Source: Piromyces finnis finn
Taxonomy: Eukaryota > Fungi > Neocallimastigomycota
NCBI GenBank assembly: GCA_002104945.1
Contig: MCFH01000002.1
Coordinates: 806,001-870,000 of the forward strand
DNA: 64,000 bases
Reading direction: 5' to 3'
Shown: positions 14,293 to 26,079 of the stretch, in pieces
Layout: each line of letters begins with the position of its first letter
How positions within the stretch are numbered: the first letter of the stretch is position 1
Made by a program: the position numbers and the translations under genes
The notes under the pieces: model-generated
The model's database searches: none
What the model saw: the letters and a program-made list of their open reading frames with translations, nothing else
Told to the model about the DNA's origin: nothing

Positions 14293-15239
14293 ATTTAAAT
14301 ATTTTACTAATTTTTTAAATATTAATTTATATACAAACTAATATTTTTTTTTACTATAAAATTTTCCTCTATTTATTTAATATACTTAGATTTAAAACAC
14401 AATTATTAAACATACAGATAAGCAATACTAACCATCAATATTATAAATCAGGAATAATTGAATAATGAAATAAACCTTCAAAAAGAATCTTCTATATTTT
14501 AATACCCACTCATATCAATAAATTAAAAAAAAAATGATGAAAATAGCATAATAATTAATATATATAATTTGCCTAGAATTTTTTTAAAAATTGTTTGGTA
14601 ATTTATTAATTTATTTCAAGAGTCTAATATAAAAATTTGCTAATTTATAATCTATTAAAATTTACACAAAAAATATTAAAAAAGGAATTTTTGTTTATAA
14701 ATGAAAAATAATTATACATTATATTTTGTATTCTTTTACATATTTCTTATTATCATATCTTTTTGTGTTAATATTTATTACACACATTTTATTAGTCCCA
14801 TATTGATCAATTAATTGGTTAACCATAGTTTCTTATGAATTCTTGATTGGCTGGTGATTATATCAAACTAGAATTTTCAGTGAGTCATTCATAATATTAT
14901 TTCTGCAATAGGAATAATTCGCTACACCATTGTTCCTATCACCCCCTATTTCCTAATGAAATTTAAAAAATATTCGGCGGTTGTTTTGTTCTTAAAATTT
15001 AAAACTTATATTTACATTGATATTTTAAAATAACATATATTAACTCTTTACTATTTGATTATTATTTTTAGTAATGAATATGAAAATAAAAATATATAAA
15101 AATACATAATGAATTATTATTTATTTTGATAAATAATTAATAATTTTTATTTATTATGTCAAGTATATAGTGTAAATTTATGATAAATTTAATTATTTTA
15201 GTATCAAATATAAATAAAACTCAAAAGCAATATACTATT

Positions 15240-15636
<397 letters not shown>

Positions 15637-18600
15637 ATTAATAATTTTCTCATTAATTAAATATAAAATAAAACCAAAAAAAAACAAAGTAAAAATAATA
15701 GTCATTAAATATGCTATTGTTAATTTAATTTTTAATTACTTAGTAATAAAATCATTTTTCCATAAGTTTTTTTTTTTTTTTTTGTAGACAAATATAATAT
15801 GGAAACAAAAAAATCAATAAATTTTTTATAATTTTTCCATAAAATTCAAGTATGAAAAATATATATATATTATTCAAATAAATAATTAATTAAATAATAT
15901 TTAATGATAATAATAAGATAATATTTAATATTAATTATTTTCTCTTTTTATTCCTTTTTTTTTATTAATTAATATGAAAGTAGCTTTATTTTATTATAAT
16001 TTATATATATTATAACATTTTTTTTCTTTCATGCATAAGTATAGGTTTTATATTTGTTTTATTATGAACAAAAATAAATCAATAAATCTTAAAAAGGTAT
16101 TTATACAAAAAATTTAGGTTATATTATCCAACTCACATGACCTCTTTTTATTATTATAATTATTATTATTATTATTATTATTATAAATAATAAGGGATAT
16201 GGAAAAAAGAATTTATAAAAGGTAAAAATCCTCCTTGTTTATCTTTTTCTATTAAATTAAGTTAATATAATAAAAAAATATAAAAATTTTAAAACTTAAA
16301 AAAAATCATTATAATAAGTAATTTGAACAGTTTCATTTTCCGATCATGAAAATAAAAAAAAAACTGTCATAATATGATAGTATTTTAAATAATCCTTAAT
16401 ATCTATACAATTGTATAATAGTTTAAAAATATTATTTTTTCCTAATGAATAATTTTTTTATTCCACTAGAAATAAATTATAATTTTTATTTCCATTTAGT
16501 ATTGTTTAATTCTAAATTAATTCACATAATTGCCTCCTGTTTAAAAATTGCCTATATGTTAATGGATTATTTGTTATGTTATAATATGTTATAATAGTAA
16601 TATTAATAAGAAGATTTTTCTTAATTTGTTCTATATATAATTAAAAAAAGTAAAAGATACTAATAAACTAGTTTTAAACTATAAATATTAATAAATAAAT
16701 TAAATATAATAAAATATATTTATGTTAATCAATATACTATATTTCAGGATTAACTATTTATTTTTTTATAATTTAAATTATTTAAAATAATTTTTTAACA
16801 TAATCCAAATAATCGAGAATGATGGTAATTAAAATATTTTAATTATAATGAATAATAGGAATAATAAAAATTAAAAAATTTTATTAGTTGTAAAGATTAA
16901 TAATAATAATTAATGAGATGAGTAAAACAAATTATTTTTCATTTTTTTATCACTCATTTAGTAAATATTCAGAAGACATTTTATTATTTAAGGTTTTTTT
17001 AAAAAAAAAAAAAGTTTAAACTTTTTATTTTTTAAATTAAAAATATTTAATAACATAGTTAAATTTTAAATTATCTTATAGTTAAGAAAAATAGCTTTTA
17101 TTCACATTGAAAAGTAATATATTTTTAAATATTAATAAAAGTATGTTCCTTTTTTTTTTTTTAATATAAAAAAACATACATTATAATCTATTATTACTAT
17201 TTAAAAAAGAAATTTTATTATTATTTTCAGATTTTTACAAAATAAAATTAATTTAATGATGGTCTTTAAAAAGCTATTCTTAATTTTTTATAAAAAATTA
17301 TATTTTCCTATTAAGCAATCCTAAATAATTAAAAGAAAATATTAACTTTTTAATTTTTTATTCTATTAAATGCTCAAAATAATTGTTTCAATTATTTATT
17401 ACTCAGTATCAAAAAAAAAAAAAATTAATGTCTATATTAAAATAGAAGTATATAAATACTTAAAATACTTATAACTTTTTTTTTTTAATTAATTGAAAAA
17501 AGTTTTTTAAAGTTCAATAACCCAATAAAGAAAAAAATTTTTTTTTTCTTAACTTTAATTATATTAGCTTAAAGTTTTGGAAATTCTATATTAGGGTTTT
17601 TTAAATACTTTACAGTTTTTTTTTTTTTTATTATTATTAAAACTTATTTTATGTAACCTAAAAGAACTTTAACGTAGTTTAAATGCAAAGCTACACTAAT
17701 ACTGTAGTAATAAAAAAAAAAGTTATTAAAATTTTTTAATTATTTATAAAAAAAAAGTTAATTATAAAATGTTATTTATTAACTCTATTAAAATGTATGT
17801 TACAATACAGTTGTTTTATTTTTAAACATAAAACAAATTTATATTTTATTTTATAATTAAAATATACAAATTATCTATGTTATTAAAACAAAAAAATAGT
17901 TTATTTTTTTGTTTATTAATCAAAAGGTTTCTGTAAACTTTAAATACATAAAACTTGCAAAAGGAGATACAAAAAATATATATACGAACTTTATTTTTCT
18001 TTCAGATTGGAGAATATAAAGTTGAAAAAGCTTTTTTTTTAACTAGTTTAAAAAATAATAAATACAATAGTATTTTTTTATAAAAAAAAAAGCAAAATTA
18101 TATAGTTAATTTTAATCAAAAACAACGCACAAAGATATTTTTAGGTTTAAATTATAATTAATATATTCATTATAAAAAAGCAAAATTTTACTGATGAACT
18201 AAAGTTATAATATATAACTTTTGAATTTAACTTATTAGTATACTTTTTTAAAATTCTATTTGCAATGGGAATTATATAAAGATTTTAATTTTTTAAAATT
18301 TAAGAATTATAAATTTTTTGATAATTTTAAATAAATTTTGAAATATTCATAATATATTATAAGGATTGGTAATAATTATATGGATAAAATATAAATTTGA
18401 TTTCGCCACAATTGTGAAATGTATGTATATAAAAGCCACATATAAACACACTTTATTATAAAACTACTGATCATTTTTATTATAATATTTCATTTTGATC
18501 ATTTATTTAATTATTATTAATTTATAGTTTTTATTATTTATCTTTCAAATTACATTATTATTTACTATTATTACTTATAGTTGTTATTATTAATGTTGTT

Positions 18601-18999
18601 GTTATTCATCTTGATCACTATATATTATATTCATTATTAACATGATAAAATTTATTATTTATATTATTGTTTTATATTTTTTTTATTTTATTTATTATTA
18701 TTATTATTATTTTAATATTTATATAAATACTTTTTCCAAGTATATTAATTATAAAGAGTTTTATTTAAAATTTTTTATTAAATAAATAGTATTTGATTTT
18801 TTCATATTATTTTTTATTTATTAATTAAATACTTGATAAATAGATTATATTGAATTATTTTTGGTTTCTTTATTCCCAATAAACTAATATATCACAATAT
18901 ATTAATATAAATATATTCATATATTATAAAAAATTTATTGTATTTATTTCTATTACATAAATAAAAAATAATTATTAATATAGGGTAAATCATTGTCTT

Positions 19000-19229
19000 T
19001 GTTAAACATTAATAATTTAACTTAAATCTAGAAATATGTAGAATAGAATAGAATTATGTATTACTAATATATTTAGTCATAGAATATTCTCATGATAAAT
19101 AATACGCCACAATCCTTAGTATAAATAGAGAATAAATTTATGAACTATTTATGTACTTTGTAATTACCTTTTTATTAATAATATTAATAAATAAAGTTTA
19201 TATTAAAAACAATATTATAAATTTTCTCA
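19000..19229 (+). repeat. 5' LTR (230 bp)
   Basis: TGTTAAAC...TTCTCA; I found no difference from 23910-24139 by eye. TATAAATA at 19120-19127 and AATAAA at 19131. Confidence 0.97.
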
Positions 19230-19243
19230 GATTAAGAGTCTCA
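19230..19243 (+). promoter_or_regulatory. Primer-binding site complementary to a tRNA-Lys(CUU) anticodon stem-loop (half-tRNA type)
   Basis: GATTAAGAGTCTCA directly abuts the LTR. Its reverse complement TGAGA-CTCTTAA-TC reads as anticodon stem 5' strand, loop with CTT anticodon, and the first two bases of the 3' strand. There is no TGG-type PBS. Confidence 0.8.
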
Positions 19244-19259
19244 AAACTTTCTTAATACC

Positions 19260-22200
19260 ATGGATTACAATTTATTCAAAGGCCCTTCTCTCAATGGATC
19301 CAACTTTAACGCCTGGTACAACCGTACCAAGAATACTTTGACTGCATTTCAACTTAGTCAATATATTGAATCTGACGTCATTAATAATTTAAAGAAAAAT
19401 AATACTACTCCGGATGTTTTAAACAATGCCAGAATCGAAAATGCCAAAGCCCTCGGTATCATTTATGGAAGTATAGATGACAACATTCATAACTACCTAA
19501 GAGGACTTAATACAGCTTATGAAGTCATGAACAAGTTAACTAAACTGTTTAAACAAGACGATGCTGTAAACCTTGAAGCCTGGTTAAACAAGATTAACAA
19601 TATGAAGGCTAGAAATGAAAAAGAAATTATAAAAACTCTGAGCAATATGATGGAACTTTTTAGATTAATGGAATCAAATAATTCAAAACTTACCGAAACA
19701 GAAAAAATGCGGTACATGTATAACTCATTACCCAGCAATATTAGAAATATTATAATCTTATCAAACACTTACAATACTTCATCAGAATTATTCAACTCTA
19801 TCAAAGAAAGAATTAAAACTATGAACCATGCCGATGAAATAACACCTCCAAAAATATTTATAAATAGTGAAGATAAAATGGATATCGATTACCTTGATAA
19901 ATTTTTCCATAAAAATAAAAATAATAATTTTAGAAAGGATTTTAAACAAAATAAATACTGCGATATTTGCAAAAAGAATAATCACAATACTGAAAACTGC
20001 TACTATAATTCAAAAAATAATAATAATAGAAAATCAAGCCACAATACAAGAAGGTCAAGCCACAAATCATACCACAATAGTCAATATAATAAATTTAATG
20101 GAAAAGTAAACAATATCTCATACGATATTAACAAGCAAAATATTAATAATTACAATGATAATTTTACACTAGATGAACTTAGACCGATACTAGAAAAACA
20201 CAATATAAATTCCATTCAAATAAACAATGGTTTAAATAAGAATATAAATAAATATCATACATGTTGGATATACGATACAGGTGCGTCAGAACATGTTACA
20301 AATAATAAAAATATCCTCAAGAATTTTCGCTATAAGAAAATTAAAATGAACTGTGCTAACAATACAGTATGCTACTTTGATGGGTTCGGTACATACGAAG
20401 GATATATAAATAATTATCCGATAAAATTAGCCAACGTATACTATTCTAAACAATTAAACAAAAATTTAATTAGCGGAATTAAACTTAGTAACTCTGGATT
20501 TAAAAGTACTATAAGTCAAGAAAATAATAAACCATATATCATAATTAAATCTCAAGATAACAAGAACATTTACAAAACTTTCTCAAACAATGATAATAGC
20601 TTTCTTATTCATACTAAAAACAAAGAATTCAATAATAAGCAAATATTCAATATCAATACTTCAAATTTTAATGAAACATTATGGCATAATCGACTTGCTC
20701 ATTACTATAATAAAGATCTCAAAAAATATTTAATTGATCACAATATTTCCAAAAATTTTTGTAATGAATGCAAAGCCAGCAAATTAAAAAGGAAGCCCCA
20801 CAATAAAATTACTCCTAAAGCTTCCGAAATCAATGAAGTTATCCACTCAGATATTATTGGCCCACTTACCGAATCTGTTAATAAAAAGAAATATATTCTT
20901 ACTTTCATTGACGATTTTTCAAGACACTCTTGGATATATCTACTTTCTTCTAAAGCTGAAGCTCCTAAAATAATTACTGAATTTTTAACCCTTATTAATA
21001 ACCAATCAAATGATCACAAAGTTAAATATTTCAAAAGTGATAATGGTAAAGAATACACTAACAAAAAGGTTATTAAATTCTGCAAAAAACATGGAATTAT
21101 CAAATTATTTTCTCCTCCTTACAACCCAGAAAATAACGGAATTGCAGAAAGGTTCAACCAAACAATCATTTCTTCAACCAAAACTTTACTATATTGGAGC
21201 AAACTTAGTCTTAATTTTTGGAATTTTGCTGTACAATATTCTAATTATATTTATAATTTAGTTCCTCACCAAAGCATTTCAAATCATATTCCATACGAAA
21301 TTTATAATGGTAAAAAAGCTAATATTAACCATATCAAAGTCTTTGGATGCATTTGCGAATACAAAATTTTTAATCAAAACAAAAATAAGTTATCACCAAA
21401 TACTGCTAAAGGCATATTTTTAGGATTTAATACAAATGCGAATTCATATATAATAATGGACTATAATAAACAAACCATACATCTGGTTAGAGAAGCCTAC
21501 TTCCACGAAGATACTCCTGCTAACTACTCTGCTGACTCCGAATCAACAATTAAAGATCCATACGATTTTAATTCTTATGTCCCAATGGTTAATGACAGTT
21601 CTACTAAGTTCGACCCTCCAGAGTTCGATTCCGCCAACAGTACCAATTCAGAAATTTTTAATTATAACCCAATCACAAATATTTCACCTAACCCTTCAGA
21701 TAATTTAAATGAATTTTCAGGTACTACATCAAAATTTTCTGGTGAAACATCAAAAATTTTATCCAATTCAAATAATGAAAATTTTAATTTAAATAATCAA
21801 AATTTTAATAACAAAATTTCAAATTCTGAAAATGATTATAATCTTGAAATTTCAAAAAACATTTCAAGAAATTTCTCGTCAAATAATGAGTTTAACACAC
21901 CAAATGATAATTATAATGACACAGACACATCTAATGATATCAACGTTAATTATAATAATCAAATTTCTCCAACTCCAACAAATAATGATCTCGAAACTCA
22001 TGATGAATTTCTTAATACAAATTATTTTCCTTCAAATAATTTTAATAATTCGACTCCTATCATAAAAAATAATAATTTTAATAATTTTTCAAATAATCCA
22101 ACTAATTTTTACGACCAATTTTCCACATTTAATACAGATACAAATCATAAAATTCCTAAAAGAACTACCAGTCCACCTATTAATCCAAATCTCAAAAGAC

Positions 22201-23765
22201 TTAATTCTTATTCTTACCCTAAAATTGATTCTATTTCTTCAATACATACATCAATTCCTATAACCTATCAAGATGCATTATCAAATGCTAATAGTGACAA
22301 ATGGATTAATGCTATTAATGATGAACTTAACAATCTTTATAGAAATAAAACTATGACATTCGTTAAAAATCTTCCCAAAGGTAAAAATGTTGTTACCACC
22401 AAATGGATTTTCACTATTAAAACAGATGAAAATAATAACATTACTAAATATAAAGCACGTATTGTAGCTAGAGGTTACACACAAAAATATGGCATTGATT
22501 TTGAATTTACATACTCTCCAACTTTAAATTTTGATATTATTAAACTTCTTCTTGCTATTTCAGCCAAATTTAAATGGAACGTTTACCAATTGGACATCAA
22601 ATCTGCCTACCTCCATGCAAATCTAGATACTGAAATTTATACAACTATTCCCGAAGGTGATAAAAACTATGGTAAAGGATTTTGGAAACTGAATAAAGCT
22701 CTATACGGACTCAAACAAAGCGGAAGACAATGGAATGAATACATTTCTACTTTTCTTATTAATCATGGATTTTCTCAATGCACTTCAGACTATTGTATTT
22801 TCTTTAAAACTTTTGATAACCAAATTTCTTGCATTATTGGACTTTATGTCGATGATATGATTATTTGTGGAACAAATCTTGAACTTATAAGTATAATCTC
22901 ACAAATTAAATCTAAATTTAAAATTTCTAACTGTCAACCTATCCATTATTTATTAGGTATTAAAATTGAAAACAATAATTTTTCTTATTCTATTTCACAA
23001 AAACATGTTATTGAAAATATTTTAGACCAATATAATCTTAATAACTGCAGATCTCGAAAAACACCATGTACTGGTGATAATGATTCTGAAAACACTAAAC
23101 GATTTGATACGACTATTTACAAAAGTTTAATTGGTTCTCTTATTTATATTGCTAGATGTACAAGACCAGATATTTCTTTTGCTGTTCACAAAGCTGCTCG
23201 AAAATCTGAACAACCTACTATTTCCGACTACAACAAAGTTATAAATATTATCAAGTATCTTAAAACTACTATAGACTACAAAATTACTTATGATGGTAAT
23301 GGAAAAATTATTGCATTCACTGATGCTGATTTTGGGGGAGATAAGACGGATGGAAAATCAACATCAGGATATATAATTCTTATGGAAAATAATCCAATAT
23401 GTTGGTGCTCAAATAAACAACAAACTGTTGCTACTTCTACTGCTGAAGCCGAATATATCAGTACTACAGAATGCACTAAGAAAATTTTATACTTTAGAAA
23501 TATCTTAGAAGAATTATTCAAATTCAACGAACCTATAACTATTTATACTGACAACTTAGCAAGTAAAAGAGCAATTGAAAATGGTGAATTAAATTCCAAA
23601 CTTAAACACATAAATATAAAATTTCATTTCAATAGAGACAATATTAAAAATAACAAAATTAAATTAGAATATATCGACACAAACAATATGCTAGCAGACT
23701 TTTTAACAAAAAATATTAATGGATCAAAAATGAAAAAGTTCACTGACACTATATTTAAAAAATAA
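19260..23765 (+). CDS. Copia Gag-Pol polyprotein, 1501 aa, uninterrupted
   Basis: Zn knuckle CDICKKNNHNTENC; protease WIYDTGASEH; pre-integrase LWHNRLAH..CNEC; integrase HSDIIGP / SDNGKEY / NGIAERFN; RT KARIVARGYTQ, QLDIKSAYL, LYGLKQSG, LYVDDM; RNase H FTDADFG, STAEAEY, KHINIKFHF. Confidence 0.98.
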   Translation: MDYNLFKGPSLNGSNFNAWYNRTKNTLTAFQLSQYIESDVINNLKKNNTTPDVLNNARIENAKALGIIYGSIDDNIHNYLRGLNTAYEVMNKLTKLFKQDDAVNLEAWLNKINNMKARNEKEIIKTLSNMMELFRLMESNNSKLTETEKMRYMYNSLPSNIRNIIILSNTYNTSSELFNSIKERIKTMNHADEITPPKIFINSEDKMDIDYLDKFFHKNKNNNFRKDFKQNKYCDICKKNNHNTENCYYNSKNNNNRKSSHNTRRSSHKSYHNSQYNKFNGKVNNISYDINKQNINNYNDNFTLDELRPILEKHNINSIQINNGLNKNINKYHTCWIYDTGASEHVTNNKNILKNFRYKKIKMNCANNTVCYFDGFGTYEGYINNYPIKLANVYYSKQLNKNLISGIKLSNSGFKSTISQENNKPYIIIKSQDNKNIYKTFSNNDNSFLIHTKNKEFNNKQIFNINTSNFNETLWHNRLAHYYNKDLKKYLIDHNISKNFCNECKASKLKRKPHNKITPKASEINEVIHSDIIGPLTESVNKKKYILTFIDDFSRHSWIYLLSSKAEAPKIITEFLTLINNQSNDHKVKYFKSDNGKEYTNKKVIKFCKKHGIIKLFSPPYNPENNGIAERFNQTIISSTKTLLYWSKLSLNFWNFAVQYSNYIYNLVPHQSISNHIPYEIYNGKKANINHIKVFGCICEYKIFNQNKNKLSPNTAKGIFLGFNTNANSYIIMDYNKQTIHLVREAYFHEDTPANYSADSESTIKDPYDFNSYVPMVNDSSTKFDPPEFDSANSTNSEIFNYNPITNISPNPSDNLNEFSGTTSKFSGETSKILSNSNNENFNLNNQNFNNKISNSENDYNLEISKNISRNFSSNNEFNTPNDNYNDTDTSNDINVNYNNQISPTPTNNDLETHDEFLNTNYFPSNNFNNSTPIIKNNNFNNFSNNPTNFYDQFSTFNTDTNHKIPKRTTSPPINPNLKRLNSYSYPKIDSISSIHTSIPITYQDALSNANSDKWINAINDELNNLYRNKTMTFVKNLPKGKNVVTTKWIFTIKTDENNNITKYKARIVARGYTQKYGIDFEFTYSPTLNFDIIKLLLAISAKFKWNVYQLDIKSAYLHANLDTEIYTTIPEGDKNYGKGFWKLNKALYGLKQSGRQWNEYISTFLINHGFSQCTSDYCIFFKTFDNQISCIIGLYVDDMIICGTNLELISIISQIKSKFKISNCQPIHYLLGIKIENNNFSYSISQKHVIENILDQYNLNNCRSRKTPCTGDNDSENTKRFDTTIYKSLIGSLIYIARCTRPDISFAVHKAARKSEQPTISDYNKVINIIKYLKTTIDYKITYDGNGKIIAFTDADFGGDKTDGKSTSGYIILMENNPICWCSNKQQTVATSTAEAEYISTTECTKKILYFRNILEELFKFNEPITIYTDNLASKRAIENGELNSKLKHINIKFHFNRDNIKNNKIKLEYIDTNNMLADFLTKNINGSKMKKFTDTIFKK

Positions 23766-23899
23766 CAAAATTTGCAAAAACTTATAATCAACTTTATTTT
23801 ATTAATATCTTATATTTTATATTTTACATTCTACTACTTAAATTTTTCAATTTCTTAATCTCTTCAAATTTTATTTTTATTTTTCATAAAAACAAATTT

Positions 23900-23909
23900 G
23901 AGGGGGGAA
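23900..23909 (+). promoter_or_regulatory. Polypurine tract of the copia element
   Basis: GAGGGGGGAA immediately precedes the TG of the 3' LTR. Confidence 0.92.
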
Positions 23910-24139
23910 TGTTAAACATTAATAATTTAACTTAAATCTAGAAATATGTAGAATAGAATAGAATTATGTATTACTAATATATTTAGTCATAGAATATTCT
24001 CATGATAAATAATACGCCACAATCCTTAGTATAAATAGAGAATAAATTTATGAACTATTTATGTACTTTGTAATTACCTTTTTATTAATAATATTAATAA
24101 ATAAAGTTTATATTAAAAACAATATTATAAATTTTCTCA
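23910..24139 (+). repeat. 3' LTR (230 bp)
   Basis: Matches the 5' LTR and is followed by the GTCTT target-site duplication. Confidence 0.97.
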
Positions 24140-25952
24140 GTCTTTATTATTATTATAAAAGTAATTTTTTGTATATTGTCTTTTTCTTTTTTTTATTCTT
24201 ATTAATTATATTAGACTATTATTATTTATTTGTGATTTGATATTTATTATTGTGCTTTTTATTATTATTGCTTAATTCCTTATTATTTTCGTTATTCTAT
24301 TAATTTTCCTTTTTACACATTTAAATTTTTATTATATTTATCCATAAATTATTTGGTCGTTTTGTTTTATTTAATATTTATTTAAATTTATTGATCATTA
24401 TTTATTTCAAAATATTGATAAATTTTAAAAACATTCATTACATATTATTTTTTTAATTATAATATTTTTTAGCATTATAAATAAATTAAGTTGAATATTA
24501 ACATTTATATAAAAAAAATAATTGAATATTTATTTGTATTTTTTTTTTTAAATTTAAACTAAAAAATAATTGTTTTTTTTTTTTTCATTTCACTATAAAT
24601 AATTTAAAATTATAAAGTAATTACATTTTATACTAATAATTAATCTATTAAAAATTTCTTATTCATTTTTCCATTAATATTTACATAATTTATACTATAA
24701 AAATATGCACTTTTTTCTATAATATTTTATTAATTAAAGTAAATCTACTTTTTTCCATTTTGATATAATTATAATTGAATTTATATTAATTATAAATTTG
24801 TTTGTTGTATATAATCTTAATTTTGTATGGAAAAACTAATTAAGAAATTTATAAATTTGGTAAAAATTTTTTTTGAATAATTTAACCTTTTATATAAAAT
24901 TAATTAATTCGTTTATTCTCCTTAAATTTATGAACGAAAAATTTTATTTTTGGTTAAACTTTAATTTGGAAAAATAAATTTAAAAATATCTATCAAAGAT
25001 ATTAAGTTCATTATTTAAATAAAGCTTACCAACTCTTAATTTTAAATTTTTCTTTTTCTTTTTGCTTTTTTTAAATATTTTTTGTTTGTTATTAAGTATT
25101 ACATAATATTTTTATTATATAAACTTTTAATAGCATTATTAATTGTTTTAAAATATTATTTTATCATATTATTAAAATATTAAATAAAAAAGTATGAACT
25201 ATTTTTCCATAATTAAAATATTTTTATTTAAAATTATTCTTATTATATTTGTATTTTATAATTTTTTTTTTATTTTCTTTTACTATTTCTTTATATGCAT
25301 ATTAGTATTACTAAAAGAATAAGAAAATTTTAATATGGGTTTATTTTCTTTTTTTATTTTTTTTTTAAAAAATATCTTTATAACATATTATCTATTACAT
25401 TATAAATTGAAATTTTCATATTTTCATTCTACTTTTTTTTTTTTAATGAAGTCATTCAATTCATAATTTAAATTTCAATTTTTTGAATTGCTATTTGAAA
25501 ATTATGAATTAATTAATTTTAATATCTTTCCATAAATTAAGTTTTTTTTATTTATTGGTATTCCATTATACATTCTAAAATATTAGAGTTTAATTAATAA
25601 TTTATACTATTATTCCTATATTTTATTCAACATTAAAAATTATATTTTTAAATATACTTAAGGATAATTTTTTATGAATTTTAGTTTTGTATACAATATA
25701 TTAATATATGTATACAAAATTATATTAAAAAATTATTATAAATAATTTATAATAATTTTAAATAATTTATAGTTGTTTCTATTACTTCTTATAAATTAAT
25801 CTTACTCTATTATTAAAATATATTTTTATTATATTTTCTACCTTTAATAAAATTAAAATTTCTAATATTTTAAATATTAAATTTATACTTTGAATGTTTG
25901 TCTTAAAAATGTTTGTTTTTTAATTATTAAATATAATTAATAAAATTCTTTT

Positions 25953-26079
25953 TTACATACCTTTTCTATTTGGAAAAAATTAAAAGTATTATTAAATAAA
26001 GAATTTTCCTTACATACCTTTTCTAATTGGAAAAAATTAAAAGTATTATTAAATAAAGAATTTTCCTTACATACCTTTT
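25953..26079. repeat. 57-bp tandem repeat, about 2.2 copies
   Basis: TTACATACCTTTT recurs at 25953, 26010 and 26067 with near-identical intervening sequence. Confidence 0.9.

Larger units (their letters stand above)
18995..24144 (+). mobile_element. Full-length Ty1/copia LTR retrotransposon including 5-bp target-site duplications
   Basis: TG...CA LTRs at 19000-19229 and 23910-24139; GTCTT at 18995-18999 and 24140-24144; PPT; a single ORF with PR-IN-RT-RH domain order. Confidence 0.98.

Noticed and set aside
19517-23527. Small ORFs overlapping Gag-Pol on both strands
   Set aside because: Short, motif-free, and expected by chance; no env-like or antisense gene is supported.
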